DNA from: an uncultured virus (IMG/VR IMGVR_UViG_3300042879_001731)
Taxonomy: Duplodnaviria > Heunggongvirae > Uroviricota > Caudoviricetes
Reading direction: 5' to 3' (one strand)
IMG/VR virus record: IMGVR_UViG_3300042879_001731
DNA: 64,000 nucleotides
Part shown: positions 44,559-55,218 of the stretch, piece after piece
Position numbering within the stretch: position 1 is the stretch's first letter
Layout: the number at the start of each line of letters is the position of its first letter
The notes under the pieces: generated by a model
Seen by the model: the letters and a program-made list of their open reading frames with translations, nothing else
What the model was told of the DNA's origin: nothing
The model's database searches: none
Position numbers and translations under genes: made by a program

Positions 44559-47500
44559 TATCTGTTCTTGTATTTTTTATTATATATTACAATGGCATTC
44601 TTTGATACTTTTCTTCCTGAAGCAGCCATTGCTTTATTTAGACTACTAACTTCCTCTGAATCCAAATCAGTTCCGTATCTGTTGTAAAGTTTCAACGCCT
44701 GTACTTCAGGTGTATCTTCATAGATTATATCTAGAATTGATTTATCCACATTCATATTTCTAATGTAGGCGTAATATTTTTCTACATATTTACGAACATC
44801 TTTTTTGTCAAAATTATCTTTGACCATATCTATCAATTCGCCATTAGTCATTTTTTCACCTTTGTCATATATTGACTTTATCTCGTTGTATACTTTCTGC
44901 TCTTTATTGTATATTTCAGTTTCTATTAGCATTTCTTTTGCTTCAGCTTCATCTTGTTTTTTATACATTAAGATATCTTTATTTGTTTTTCTAACAAGTT
45001 TCCTTTCTGCAGATTCAAATACTTTTCCAAGTCCTTCTGTAAATTCTTTTCCAAAAGAACTGTCTTTAGTAAATACACCATTAGCAGCACCATTAAATAT
45101 TGCTATTGTAGGGTTTGTATTTTCACTCGTAATTATTTTTTCTACAAATGCTTTTGTTCTTATTGGTGAAAGACCCAACTTAGGTGCCAACACTTTATAA
45201 ATATCTTCTACTTTATTATCATATATACCTTCAGATGTAGGATCTATTTTTTTGTTTTTAGGTTCTCTAAATACTTTTTCTCCTGTGAACGTATCTTCAT
45301 TGAAATGATATGTAAGTAATCCAGATACAAGTGGGTTTCTTGACATTATATCAGATGGCATAAGTGGAGTAGACATTTCTATAGATGTGTTTATTACTTT
45401 ATCATCTAATTTGTATGAATCACCAAGTAAATGTTTATACAAATATTGTTCTGATATCGTACTTAAAACAGATAGTAATGGAAGCTTTTTGATTCTTACA
45501 TATGTATACTCTCCATTCTCATCTACATTTCCTGTAAATATTATATGATAGTTTGCTTTTTCGTAATCACTTAATGATGCTAAAGTGTTTGCTATTTTCT
45601 TTTTCTTCTCCTCTTCATCATCACCAGGGATAGCTTTTGCTAATGCAGCTAAAGACATACCAGCAACACTTCCTGCCATTAAAGATGCTTGTATCATTGA
45701 CGATGCAAAAGCAACTGGATTTTTTCTAGCATAATCTAATGGTCTTCTAAAACCTTGAAGTGATGCATTTAAATATGGCATTACAAGATCTGCTTGTTTA
45801 GCCCAGTCACCACCTTGACTAAAATCTATAGTTTCTCTAGCCTCTCTTGTAGCTTCATACATTATATCCTCAAGATCTTGACCTGTAGGTTCAGTGCCAT
45901 TCTCTTTTTTATAATCTGATATTAAGTCATTTTTAACCTTATCGTATACAGATAATCTAAATGCAACTTCAGATGTCTCTCCTAAGAATGCCATAGCTTT
46001 TCCATATCCAAGAATTAATTTGTGTATCGGACTAAATATCTTAAATCCTGGATTTAACTCTTTTATGGCTCTAATACCATCATTTGACATATAGTCCATT
46101 GCTCCACCATGTTCTACATATTCTCTATATGTTTTATTTAGAGTGTCTTTCTGTATGGCTTTTCTAAAGAAGTTCTTAGTAAAATCCCATCCTAATCTCA
46201 ATCCACCAAGCACCTTAAATTTGCCCAATCCTTTTGAGTATACATCAGAGAACAATAATATATTTTGGAAGTCAACAGCGGTGTTACCAATTATAAATAA
46301 TGGGTTACCACCTGTAGCAAAGAAACGAAGTATCTGACCACCAGTTAACTTACCAATCAATTCAAATCCTTTGTTTTTGTTTTTTATATCTAACAATTGA
46401 TTTGCAAAACTTTCCTTGACTATAATATATTGTTGAACACCATTTTTATAATAGTTTATTTTTCTATATCCAAGCGGAAGTTTTTCATCGTCATATTTAC
46501 GTTTTGGCCTGCCATCTTTGTAAGATCCAATAATAGGATTATCTGTAATCATAAATTCAGATAGTGCTATCTTTTCTTCAGCCGTGGAGTTTTCTACAGC
46601 TTTGGCAAATTCTCTCAACATTTTATTTTCAAATGCACGAGATTCAACCGTTTCTATATTCATCATTAAAAGCCATCTTGAGTCAGTTATAATTTCATTC
46701 TCATTCTGATCAGTTAATTTCATTATATCTTTTTTAGATACTCCTAATCTAGCAGCTTCCTTGTCTATATCTCCTATATCAGTATCTTCTGAAATTAAAT
46801 ACTTTAATGTCTTTATAGGAGAATATTCTAAGTCTCTTAAGCTTTCATATGTCTCTTTAACTATTCTTCCAGACTCATATAATTTATCTAGGTTTTCTCT
46901 AAATACATCAAAGTATGCATCTGCTCTAGAATTTAATTTATCAAAAGTAGCATCTCCTATTTCTGATCTAATTTTAGCTAAATCATTTTGAGCATTAACT
47001 TCTGAATAACCACCCATACCTCTATATGGATTCATTCCATTTGCTTTTCTGTTTTCATTTACAGATATTACACGCCTTGCATATATTATCTTATCAAGAG
47101 CATCTAGTTGCTTTTTATTTAATCCTTTATATATTTTTCCTTCAGCCTCTTTAAATCTAAATGCAGCTAATCCCTTTGCCCCGGCTTTGTTTATAAGAAG
47201 ATTGTACGCTCTTCTAGCATCTACTCCACTTATACCTTTTATAATTCTCTTAGCTGCAGCTTGTCTATCAAGAAACTTCTGTCTTATAAATCTTAATGCC
47301 CTAACTACTATATTGCCTTTTTTCTTTTTATTTAAAGCTTCTTTGCTTTTATTGAATATCTCATCAATCGACATTGATCCAGCTACACCTGCAGACATTG
47401 CATTTGTTATCTGCTGCTGTGTATAACCTTGATTTAACAAGTACTGTGTAATTGCAGCATCAGAGAAACCATTCTGTCTAGCTGTAGATATGATTTGAGT

Positions 47501-50500
47501 CATACCTTGAGGTGTTTGCTTTCTAGCTTCGAATGAATTGTCTATTGCAGATATGCTTTTTACACCAGCACCATATGGAGCAACTACCTGTGACTTTTGA
47601 GCTTCTGCTGTTATGTTTGAGTATTTGTCTTTTATTTCTTTTGGCATTATGTCAAATGCATTCACTTTTTTATTTGGAACACCTATTACTTCTCCAAGTA
47701 AATCATTCTCATAAGTTGAGTGCTGTGATTTTCCGCCAACAGATTTTGGCTTTAATACCAACATGATATCATTCATCTTGAAATTATTTTCTTTATAGAA
47801 TCCATCTCTTAATTCATTAGGATCTATAAACGCATTGTAATTTTCAAGTACTTCTTTTAATCTTGTTCCCTTTTTAGTTTTTACATCTTCAAATGCATTT
47901 AGCAATTTTTTTCTATCTGGCGATTGTTTAATTGAATCCCAACTATCATGAGACTCCATAACCTCTCTGACAGCTTTTATTGGATTAGATTCTAATACAT
48001 CTTTTTTAAATGAATTAAAATCTCCTACTCTTTCTTGAAGTAACTCAAATACACTTACATTAAAAAACTTACTAGCAGTAGGGCTTCCACTTATTATGAA
48101 TATGTAATCAGAAGAATTTATAAATCTGTTAAGTTCTTTAGCTGATTTTCCAGATGCCCAAATTATGCTTTTATCTCTATTTTTAGGATCTAATGCATAG
48201 GATGGACCTGCATCTAAATAATGTTCTTTACCTATTACATTATCAAAATACATTCCTCGTCCCAATTGGTCAGCAACCCAGAACCATACTTTCTGATTTT
48301 TATTAGATATCTCATTTATCAATGATTCTATATCTACCAAATCTTTTTCTGTTACAAAAGACAAATCAAATTTTTTGTCTATAGCTACAGCTTCTTGCTT
48401 TCTAGATAATTTGTTTATTATAGAAGGTATAGATATGAATGTAGATGATCCTTCAGCTATAGCTTTAATATCATTACTTGTAATCTCTTCACCTTTAGCA
48501 ACTTTTTGTGAGACAGTATTCATAAAGTCAATAACTTCTCTATCAGTTAATGGCTTTAATCCAAATATCTTTGCGATTCTATCTAAAAATCTTCTTATCA
48601 GATTTTGAGTTGTAGTAGGTAGAGTTACATAATTGTCTGCCAGGATAGCAAACAATTCAGCCAACTTCTCTTCATTCTGAATATTTTCCTCATAGTTTGA
48701 AGCAAAGTCATTAAGATAAGATATAACCTGCCCTGCTCCTTCTACATTAACCAAAGATTTTCTAACAGCGTCTATCATTGCTTTGGTTAATCTTTGCGCC
48801 TCAAGATCAGTATTTATTCCGTTAAGTATAACAGCATGAAATACTTCGTGAGCTGCAGTTCTATTGTTTGCCTTAGAAGCATTTATATGTATAGTCTTAG
48901 TCTTTGGATTATATTCTCCTGCAGATGATTGTGAACGACCCTCTTCGTTTGTTGCTTTTCGATATGACTTATCATTATCGTGAACTACAAATTTAACACT
49001 AGGCAAAATTTTGGATATTGACTTGGCTGCATTAACTATTGACTCAGCAACCTTTTTGTTATCCTTAGATATTTTAATGCCTTTAAATTGCTCATCAATC
49101 TGTTCATCTGTACCTTCTAGTAGTTTACCAAGTGCTTCAACTTCCGCTTGAACTTCAGGAGCAACTGCCTCTTCAGTTGTTACTTCTTCTGCGACTGCTG
49201 TTGGTTCAGTAGGTAATGACATTTCGGCTCTATCTGATTTCTCAAATAAATCACCAATATTTTCTTTATTATAGTCAACTTGAATCTGCCCATCAATTAC
49301 AGGTCTATATCCTTGATCGTAAAGATTTTCAGCTTCATTCTCTTTTACAGTGATAGAAGATGGAGATAATTTTTCAGCTTCAAATACAACTATATTTTTT
49401 ACTCCTTGTTTTTCATTTAAAGATAAATCTTCATCTATAAATGAAGCAGCTTCAAATCCTTTGTTTTTTAAAGAATCAAATAATTTTTGTTTATTGTCAT
49501 CTCCAATATAAGTTTCTTCAAATCTTGGATCTATTAATTCATACAATCTTGATTCATCATTAACTTCTACTCCAAGTTCAGATATAGCATTTGTTACATC
49601 TTGTTCAGATGCTACAGCATTTTTAGGTATAGTATATTTAATAACATTTCCTTGATTGCCTTTAGCGTATTCAGTAGCTTGATTTTTATCTTCTGTTACA
49701 TAAATATCACCAGTCTTTTCATCCATTGATCCACCATGATAGACATCAATAGTTTCTACCCCTTCTTCTTGGACACCCCTGCCTTCGACAGGGCGATTGC
49801 CAAGATCTGTGCCTTGCTGCGTGGTTTCCCCGACTGGCCTTTCTCCTTCCCTGACTTGAGGTTGTCCTTCATTAACTCCCTCACGTTGTAAGCCACCGCC
49901 TTCTGCTGTGACTTCTTCGACTGGTTTTGTGCTTTCTTTAACGGCATTTTCTGATATGTTTTTAAGTTCGTTATTAATATCGGCAATTCTTGCCTTTTGC
50001 ACTGCAACAAGATTTTCATCTTTTCCTGCAATTTCTTTTTCTATTTTTGATCTTTCTATCAATAAGTCAAAAGACTTATTTCTATTTTCGTCAGTGATAT
50101 TATCAGGAAGTTTTTCAAATGTATTTGCAGTTTCATTAACAGCATCTATTTGTTTTTGTCCTTCTTCCTTAGTTAATTCACCATTAACTATTTTAGTTTT
50201 TATTTTTGTTACCATCATTGACCTAAGTTCTGAATCAGTAACAGATTTTTCTAAAATCTCAATAGCTAATTTGTTTTTGTTAGATATACCATCAGTTATT
50301 GCTTTAGTAGCTTGAACTGGAGACTGCATAATAGCACCTCCCATCGCTCCTAAATATGCAGCTTCAAATGATTGAGCAAGTAAACTTTCAGGTTCTTCAA
50401 ACATTTTTTTGCCTTTCATGGCATTATAAATCTTCTTTATACTTCCTTCTGCAAGTTCTTGTGCAAATTCAGTAGAACCTTCTACAAGAGCACCCCCAGC

Positions 50501-52246
50501 TACATTTATAGCCCCCTTAGCTAACAATGCTTTTACATTTGTATTTATTGCTTGTTCAAGCATCTCAGCAGTAGCATCTTTTGGAAGATCTCCAACTGTT
50601 TTTAATAATACTTTATTTATTATTGATTTTGATATTGGATTTTTAGACATTATTTTTTCTAATCCAAATTTTTCAAGCCATCCAACAGTAAGACCTATAG
50701 TGCTTGCCACTAATGTTTTTTCAAGTTCAGGTACTCCGTTAAAATCTGGATTATCATCCATTTCATCTTTAACATCGTAATATGTTTGAGCGTAAAAAGA
50801 AGGAAGCGTAGCAACGCCACCACCTCCTACGGCAGCTCCTATACTATTGCTTAAACTAAATAGTACTTTCTCTATATCACTTCTTTCTTTAGATGTAGCA
50901 AATTCTTGAGTAGTATAATCTGAACCTATTAACTTAATAAGTTCCTCTTGCGATGATCTTTCAAGTCCGGCAAATCTCCATATGTTTGTAGCTCCTTTTA
51001 AGAAGTTATTTATCATTGCTCCTCCAGTGGAACCTTTTCCTTCTTTAAACAACATATACTCTCCAGCAATGTCGTCTAATTTTGTTTGATATGATTTACT
51101 TAATTGTAGATTTTGATCTAATGAACTAGTTTCTTTATTTAGCATTTCAGCTCTTCCTTCTAATGCTAATTTTCTTTCTGTTAGTTCTGGAGTTTCAATG
51201 CCATTATTTCTTTCAAGATCTGCTTGCCATCTTACAACTTCATCATCATATTCTTTAGACTTTCTATTAAGATCAACACTAACTCTTGCTATGTCATTAA
51301 GACTATTGCTTATATATCTATTTTGTTTTGCAATCTCATCTTTATTTCCATAAACAGCGGCAACTCTAGCCCTTACTTCAGCATCGTCTTCTTTTCCCTT
51401 TGTCTGTTTAGCTTTATTTATATCAGTCATAAGAGCATCCATTCTGCTCTTATTATACTTCATAGCTTCTTTTTCTTTTTCTTTTAACTTTAGTTGAGTC
51501 TTTATATCTAAAGCTAATTCGTCCGGTATTTCTGCAGACATATTTGAGAAAGCATCGCTTTTTAAACTTTCTCTTTGTTTTGGAGTTATGTTTTTTATTG
51601 CTGATATTTCATCATCAATTTTATTGTACCTTTCTCTATCAATGGTATTTATATTTTCTTTAAGCCATGCTTTTAATCTAACTGCTTCAGATGAATCTCC
51701 TTCATCTGTCCAATTGTCAAGCATAAATACTTCAGAATTCTTTCCATCTTGCGTTATAACTCTAATCCTATCTCCAACTCCTGTTTGTTCAAAGTTAAAA
51801 CCTAAACGCCCATAATTTTTTTGAAGATATGGTACAACTTTTTCTTCTTCGTTATCTATAAGTTTGCCAGATATGCCTTCAAATCCTTCAGAAGGAACTA
51901 TATTTTTTTTGTATTGTTTATTAAGACCAATTATAGCATTTGAGTCCTTTACTGTAACCCAATCTTTCCCTGGTTCTTTTCTTTGCCAGTTATTATTTAT
52001 AATTCTATATTGATTGTCTTCTTTAGTTGGAAAGTTTGTAAATACTTCCACTTTATTTTTTGATACAGAAGTACCCAAAGGCTTTTGAGTTTCCTTGGAT
52101 GGAGTACCCGAAGAAATAGGTTTTGGTTTTTGTACGGATGGTGATACCGTAGTTTCTTTTTTTTTTACAGGTTGGAATTTTTCCCAAGGTTTTTGCTCTT
52201 GAGATTCACTTGCATATATTTCCCACGGTTTTTTTTCGTCTGGCAT
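44558..52246 (-). CDS. Giant polyvalent/internal virion (ejection) protein, ~2560 aa
   Basis: ART-like VYHG...IYVT...ATEYA, zincin AHEVFH...EEKLAE, LPD38-like IDFSQGG...PYLNASLQG. Confidence 0.75.
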   Translation of the reverse strand: MPDEKKPWEIYASESQEQKPWEKFQPVKKKETTVSPSVQKPKPISSGTPSKETQKPLGTSVSKNKVEVFTNFPTKEDNQYRIINNNWQRKEPGKDWVTVKDSNAIIGLNKQYKKNIVPSEGFEGISGKLIDNEEEKVVPYLQKNYGRLGFNFEQTGVGDRIRVITQDGKNSEVFMLDNWTDEGDSSEAVRLKAWLKENINTIDRERYNKIDDEISAIKNITPKQRESLKSDAFSNMSAEIPDELALDIKTQLKLKEKEKEAMKYNKSRMDALMTDINKAKQTKGKEDDAEVRARVAAVYGNKDEIAKQNRYISNSLNDIARVSVDLNRKSKEYDDEVVRWQADLERNNGIETPELTERKLALEGRAEMLNKETSSLDQNLQLSKSYQTKLDDIAGEYMLFKEGKGSTGGAMINNFLKGATNIWRFAGLERSSQEELIKLIGSDYTTQEFATSKERSDIEKVLFSLSNSIGAAVGGGGVATLPSFYAQTYYDVKDEMDDNPDFNGVPELEKTLVASTIGLTVGWLEKFGLEKIMSKNPISKSIINKVLLKTVGDLPKDATAEMLEQAINTNVKALLAKGAINVAGGALVEGSTEFAQELAEGSIKKIYNAMKGKKMFEEPESLLAQSFEAAYLGAMGGAIMQSPVQATKAITDGISNKNKLAIEILEKSVTDSELRSMMVTKIKTKIVNGELTKEEGQKQIDAVNETANTFEKLPDNITDENRNKSFDLLIERSKIEKEIAGKDENLVAVQKARIADINNELKNISENAVKESTKPVEEVTAEGGGLQREGVNEGQPQVREGERPVGETTQQGTDLGNRPVEGRGVQEEGVETIDVYHGGSMDEKTGDIYVTEDKNQATEYAKGNQGNVIKYTIPKNAVASEQDVTNAISELGVEVNDESRLYELIDPRFEETYIGDDNKQKLFDSLKNKGFEAASFIDEDLSLNEKQGVKNIVVFEAEKLSPSSITVKENEAENLYDQGYRPVIDGQIQVDYNKENIGDLFEKSDRAEMSLPTEPTAVAEEVTTEEAVAPEVQAEVEALGKLLEGTDEQIDEQFKGIKISKDNKKVAESIVNAAKSISKILPSVKFVVHDNDKSYRKATNEEGRSQSSAGEYNPKTKTIHINASKANNRTAAHEVFHAVILNGINTDLEAQRLTKAMIDAVRKSLVNVEGAGQVISYLNDFASNYEENIQNEEKLAELFAILADNYVTLPTTTQNLIRRFLDRIAKIFGLKPLTDREVIDFMNTVSQKVAKGEEITSNDIKAIAEGSSTFISIPSIINKLSRKQEAVAIDKKFDLSFVTEKDLVDIESLINEISNKNQKVWFWVADQLGRGMYFDNVIGKEHYLDAGPSYALDPKNRDKSIIWASGKSAKELNRFINSSDYIFIISGSPTASKFFNVSVFELLQERVGDFNSFKKDVLESNPIKAVREVMESHDSWDSIKQSPDRKKLLNAFEDVKTKKGTRLKEVLENYNAFIDPNELRDGFYKENNFKMNDIMLVLKPKSVGGKSQHSTYENDLLGEVIGVPNKKVNAFDIMPKEIKDKYSNITAEAQKSQVVAPYGAGVKSISAIDNSFEARKQTPQGMTQIISTARQNGFSDAAITQYLLNQGYTQQQITNAMSAGVAGSMSIDEIFNKSKEALNKKKKGNIVVRALRFIRQKFLDRQAAAKRIIKGISGVDARRAYNLLINKAGAKGLAAFRFKEAEGKIYKGLNKKQLDALDKIIYARRVISVNENRKANGMNPYRGMGGYSEVNAQNDLAKIRSEIGDATFDKLNSRADAYFDVFRENLDKLYESGRIVKETYESLRDLEYSPIKTLKYLISEDTDIGDIDKEAARLGVSKKDIMKLTDQNENEIITDSRWLLMMNIETVESRAFENKMLREFAKAVENSTAEEKIALSEFMITDNPIIGSYKDGRPKRKYDDEKLPLGYRKINYYKNGVQQYIIVKESFANQLLDIKNKNKGFELIGKLTGGQILRFFATGGNPLFIIGNTAVDFQNILLFSDVYSKGLGKFKVLGGLRLGWDFTKNFFRKAIQKDTLNKTYREYVEHGGAMDYMSNDGIRAIKELNPGFKIFSPIHKLILGYGKAMAFLGETSEVAFRLSVYDKVKNDLISDYKKENGTEPTGQDLEDIMYEATREARETIDFSQGGDWAKQADLVMPYLNASLQGFRRPLDYARKNPVAFASSMIQASLMAGSVAGMSLAALAKAIPGDDEEEKKKKIANTLASLSDYEKANYHIIFTGNVDENGEYTYVRIKKLPLLSVLSTISEQYLYKHLLGDSYKLDDKVINTSIEMSTPLMPSDIMSRNPLVSGLLTYHFNEDTFTGEKVFREPKNKKIDPTSEGIYDNKVEDIYKVLAPKLGLSPIRTKAFVEKIITSENTNPTIAIFNGAANGVFTKDSSFGKEFTEGLGKVFESAERKLVRKTNKDILMYKKQDEAEAKEMLIETEIYNKEQKVYNEIKSIYDKGEKMTNGELIDMVKDNFDKKDVRKYVEKYYAYIRNMNVDKSILDIIYEDTPEVQALKLYNRYGTDLDSEEVSSLNKAMAASGRKVSKNAIVIYNKKYKNR
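49756..49947 (-). CDS. Nested out-of-frame small basic protein (MPLKK...AIALSKAG)
   Basis: Resembles a widespread phage small-protein motif; A-rich start context. Confidence 0.6.
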   Translation of the reverse strand: MPLKKAQNQSKKSQQKAVAYNVRELMKDNLKSGKEKGQSGKPRSKAQILAIALSKAGVSKKKG

Positions 52247-52248
52247 AT

Positions 52249-53772
52249 TTATTGTTTTTTCCAATTATTCTGATTAGATGGATCTCCTCCTAGAAATTTA
52301 TAACCACCAACTATATCTCCCTTTTTAGGTGTGGTTGTCTTAGTATTACCACTCAACCCTTTTGCAGTTCTATATTGAGTTCTTCCTTCTCTATATCTAG
52401 TTGTAGCATCAGCTTTACTACTACCACCTACAGCATAAAATGCTAATCCTTCTGGGTCAGTTGCTATATCTACTGGGTCTCCAACCATGTAGTTATCAGA
52501 AACTGGATATACTTTAACAGTTCCATTTTCAAACTTATATCTATACTTACTGCTTAATCCGCTAAAATTTTTAGTTCCGCCTTTGCCTCCTTCAGGAGTC
52601 ATTCCAAATGCATCCAATGTAGCGATATATCCTAGTTGGAATTTTTTAAGATCTTCTTTTTGTTTAGCTATATCTTTTTCTTCAGAATAAGTCATTCCAT
52701 CTCCACCATCGCCTCTACTAGGAGCAAATCCTCTTTCTTCTTTTCTTTTATTTACAAGGCTAACTTCAATATAGTCCTCAACTACCGACTGAGCATCCTT
52801 AATCATTTTTTCATTTATAACAGGCTGATATTTACCATCGTTATCTTGAACAACTTGAATTAAGTTTTCTCGGTTATATTTGTCTGCAAATTGAGCCTTC
52901 TCATCTTCAGACATTTGTTTGCCTGTAGCAAGTTCTTTATTAGATATTGCTTTTTGAATAAGGTTTATTCTTTGTTGTTCTGTATAATATTCTTGATAAT
53001 TTAAATTGGAATTATCTAACAATACAGAAACTACTGCTCTAGGGTTATTTGTATCTACAATCGATCCTATCAAATCAGCTTTAGCATTGTTATAGAATTC
53101 TTTATTCAATCTTATATCTTCTTCAGATACAACTGATCCGCTAGTTTGTAAATCCTCAAGAACCCAAGGCTCCCAATTTTTGATAACACTTTCAACTGTA
53201 TCAGCTACCTTTATTTTTTTATCTACAACATTATTCATGTTAGTATAATTCCTAACATTTTGGTATGTGCCATCATTTCCTACAACAAAAAAATCACCAT
53301 TGTTACCAACATCTAATTTTTTATTTGCAATATTCATCAGATCTGAATTTATTCCAGCAGAAAATATCATATGAGCAGACGCATCACCATCCTCAATAGC
53401 TTTATTTATTCCAACTACATAGCTATCTAAATTCTTAGACGCAGTTGTAAATGCATCAAATGAATCATTTAAATTATTTATTTTTCTTTGGTACTCAGAT
53501 CTTGTAATTTCTCCAGACTTTAACTGTCTGTTCCATTCCATGGATTTTTGTCTAGCTGCATCTAAACCTTTAAATGTAAATTCATTAAATGGTTGACTTT
53601 GTGTAGACTCCCAAGAGTTTAGTCTGTTACCTATATCTGTAAAAAGCTTTTCATCGGCAGCCTTTCTTTCTTCCCTTGCTTTAAGACCTTGATCTATATC
53701 TGTCTTAACGCCTTTAGCTAAAGAAAGCCAATCAATAGACTTGCCTGGTATATATCCTGCGTATTCTTGCAT
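52249..53772 (-). CDS. Putative internal virion/ejection protein
   Basis: Helical 507 aa; precedes the giant protein. Confidence 0.55.
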   Translation of the reverse strand: MQEYAGYIPGKSIDWLSLAKGVKTDIDQGLKAREERKAADEKLFTDIGNRLNSWESTQSQPFNEFTFKGLDAARQKSMEWNRQLKSGEITRSEYQRKINNLNDSFDAFTTASKNLDSYVVGINKAIEDGDASAHMIFSAGINSDLMNIANKKLDVGNNGDFFVVGNDGTYQNVRNYTNMNNVVDKKIKVADTVESVIKNWEPWVLEDLQTSGSVVSEEDIRLNKEFYNNAKADLIGSIVDTNNPRAVVSVLLDNSNLNYQEYYTEQQRINLIQKAISNKELATGKQMSEDEKAQFADKYNRENLIQVVQDNDGKYQPVINEKMIKDAQSVVEDYIEVSLVNKRKEERGFAPSRGDGGDGMTYSEEKDIAKQKEDLKKFQLGYIATLDAFGMTPEGGKGGTKNFSGLSSKYRYKFENGTVKVYPVSDNYMVGDPVDIATDPEGLAFYAVGGSSKADATTRYREGRTQYRTAKGLSGNTKTTTPKKGDIVGGYKFLGGDPSNQNNWKKQ

Positions 53773-53782
53773 AGTAAATTTA

Positions 53783-54397
53783 TTAACCGAATGCTATTTT
53801 ATTGGCTTGATCTTCAGTAGCCCCAGCATCTATTAATTTTTGGTATTTGTTTTGCATTGCTTTATAGTCAAGTGACTGCAATCCTGCTATATCCCCTGCA
53901 ACCATTCCAAGACCACCAATCATTCCTTGTATACCTTGTTGAGCATTCATTCTAGCTTGAGCAGCTGCTGTTTGGGAGCCAGTAAGTCTAGCTTCAAGCA
54001 AATCTCTTTGAGCTTGTAAGTTTCTCTGTTGAACACCTTGTTCTGCTTGTCTTTTGGCTAAATCAACATCAAAGTTCATTTGAGCTTGACGTTGCATATT
54101 CTCAGCATTTTGTTGAAGTCCAGCTTGATATATGTTTGCTGCTTGAGCAGCGCCTTCAGCCCCCATTCCTTGAATAGCTTGAGTAGCCTGTGCTGTTTGT
54201 GCGGCTGTTTGTTGAGCCTGAAGTCCACTTATATCTGGTGCCTGCAATCCTTTGAAAGCATTTATTTCTTTAATGTTTTGCAATTGCTGTCCAAACATAT
54301 TTGCAGCACGTTGAGCTTGTTTGGCTTGTTGGAAATTTTGTATCGCTGATATTCCGGAGGCAACTGCTGATAATCCCCCTAAAATTGCTCCTACCAT
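53783..54397 (-). CDS. Putative internal virion/ejection protein (Gln/Ala/Gly-rich)
   Basis: Hydrophobic Gly-rich N-terminus and Q/A coiled coil typical of podovirus pilot proteins. Confidence 0.65.
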   Translation of the reverse strand: MVGAILGGLSAVASGISAIQNFQQAKQAQRAANMFGQQLQNIKEINAFKGLQAPDISGLQAQQTAAQTAQATQAIQGMGAEGAAQAANIYQAGLQQNAENMQRQAQMNFDVDLAKRQAEQGVQQRNLQAQRDLLEARLTGSQTAAAQARMNAQQGIQGMIGGLGMVAGDIAGLQSLDYKAMQNKYQKLIDAGATEDQANKIAFG

Positions 54398-54416
54398 CTT
54401 TGTTTTGTTATGTTCA

Positions 54417-54424
54417 CAAAGATA
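54417..54424 (-). promoter_or_regulatory. TATCTTTG -7 element (also at 55207, 62730, 63432)
   Basis: caaagata on +; four intergenic copies. Confidence 0.7.
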
Positions 54425-54434
54425 GTCAATTTTT

Positions 54435-55202
54435 CTATGTTGGGAAACTTAAGAACGAATTTGTATTAATATGGAACAATCCAACATAGTTGATATTATG
54501 ATTGGTAAGAGTTGCTTGCATATAATATCCTCTTGGTCCATAAGATTCTGCCGTACTATCCTTAGCAAATACTATTATATCACCAGGAACTAATGCCGTT
54601 GCTGATGCAGATGTTAACGTTATGCTTGTTGGAGTATGTGATGCCACCTGTCCTGCATATACCAATCCCCCTGTATATATTTTATATATCTTGTCCCACT
54701 GACTTATAGATGTTCCAATGTTAAAGTCAAATTCGATAGTAAATGCAATCGCGTCATATGATGTCAATTGACCCACTCCTTGTGTAGATGTAGCCTTTAG
54801 ATCTATGGTGTTGTTATCGCGTCTAATATGCGCAAACCAATGACCTTCTTTTGGCACAAACCAACTTTTATCAATCATACCTGTATTTAAATCTGTCTCT
54901 ACATCTACATCCCAAGTATCTGTGCTATACATGGATATAGTCTTAAATACTTTCGGAGAAAAAGGATCGTCATTAAAAATAGTTGTCATAGTAGATGGAT
55001 AATTAACACCATCACCATCTTGATCCGGAACATCCTCTAAATAAAATTGATTTCGTATAGGGTTTTCGTTATGCTTGTATAGACTTCCATTTCTCCAAGT
55101 ATAAAAATTGTTATTCATTCCGGTCATCCAATCTGGTATATAAGACCAAAATGATGTCCATGAATCAGTAGAAGTAGAAAATGTTAATGTCTGTTCAGCC
55201 AT
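54435..55202 (-). CDS. Tail stabilisation/nozzle protein, C-terminal part
   Basis: TLTFS...WTSFWSYIP..M, KEGHWFA, RGYYM. Confidence 0.6.
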   Translation of the reverse strand: MAEQTLTFSTSTDSWTSFWSYIPDWMTGMNNNFYTWRNGSLYKHNENPIRNQFYLEDVPDQDGDGVNYPSTMTTIFNDDPFSPKVFKTISMYSTDTWDVDVETDLNTGMIDKSWFVPKEGHWFAHIRRDNNTIDLKATSTQGVGQLTSYDAIAFTIEFDFNIGTSISQWDKIYKIYTGGLVYAGQVASHTPTSITLTSASATALVPGDIIVFAKDSTAESYGPRGYYMQATLTNHNINYVGLFHINTNSFLSFPT

Positions 55203-55218
55203 ACTGCAAAGATACTAA

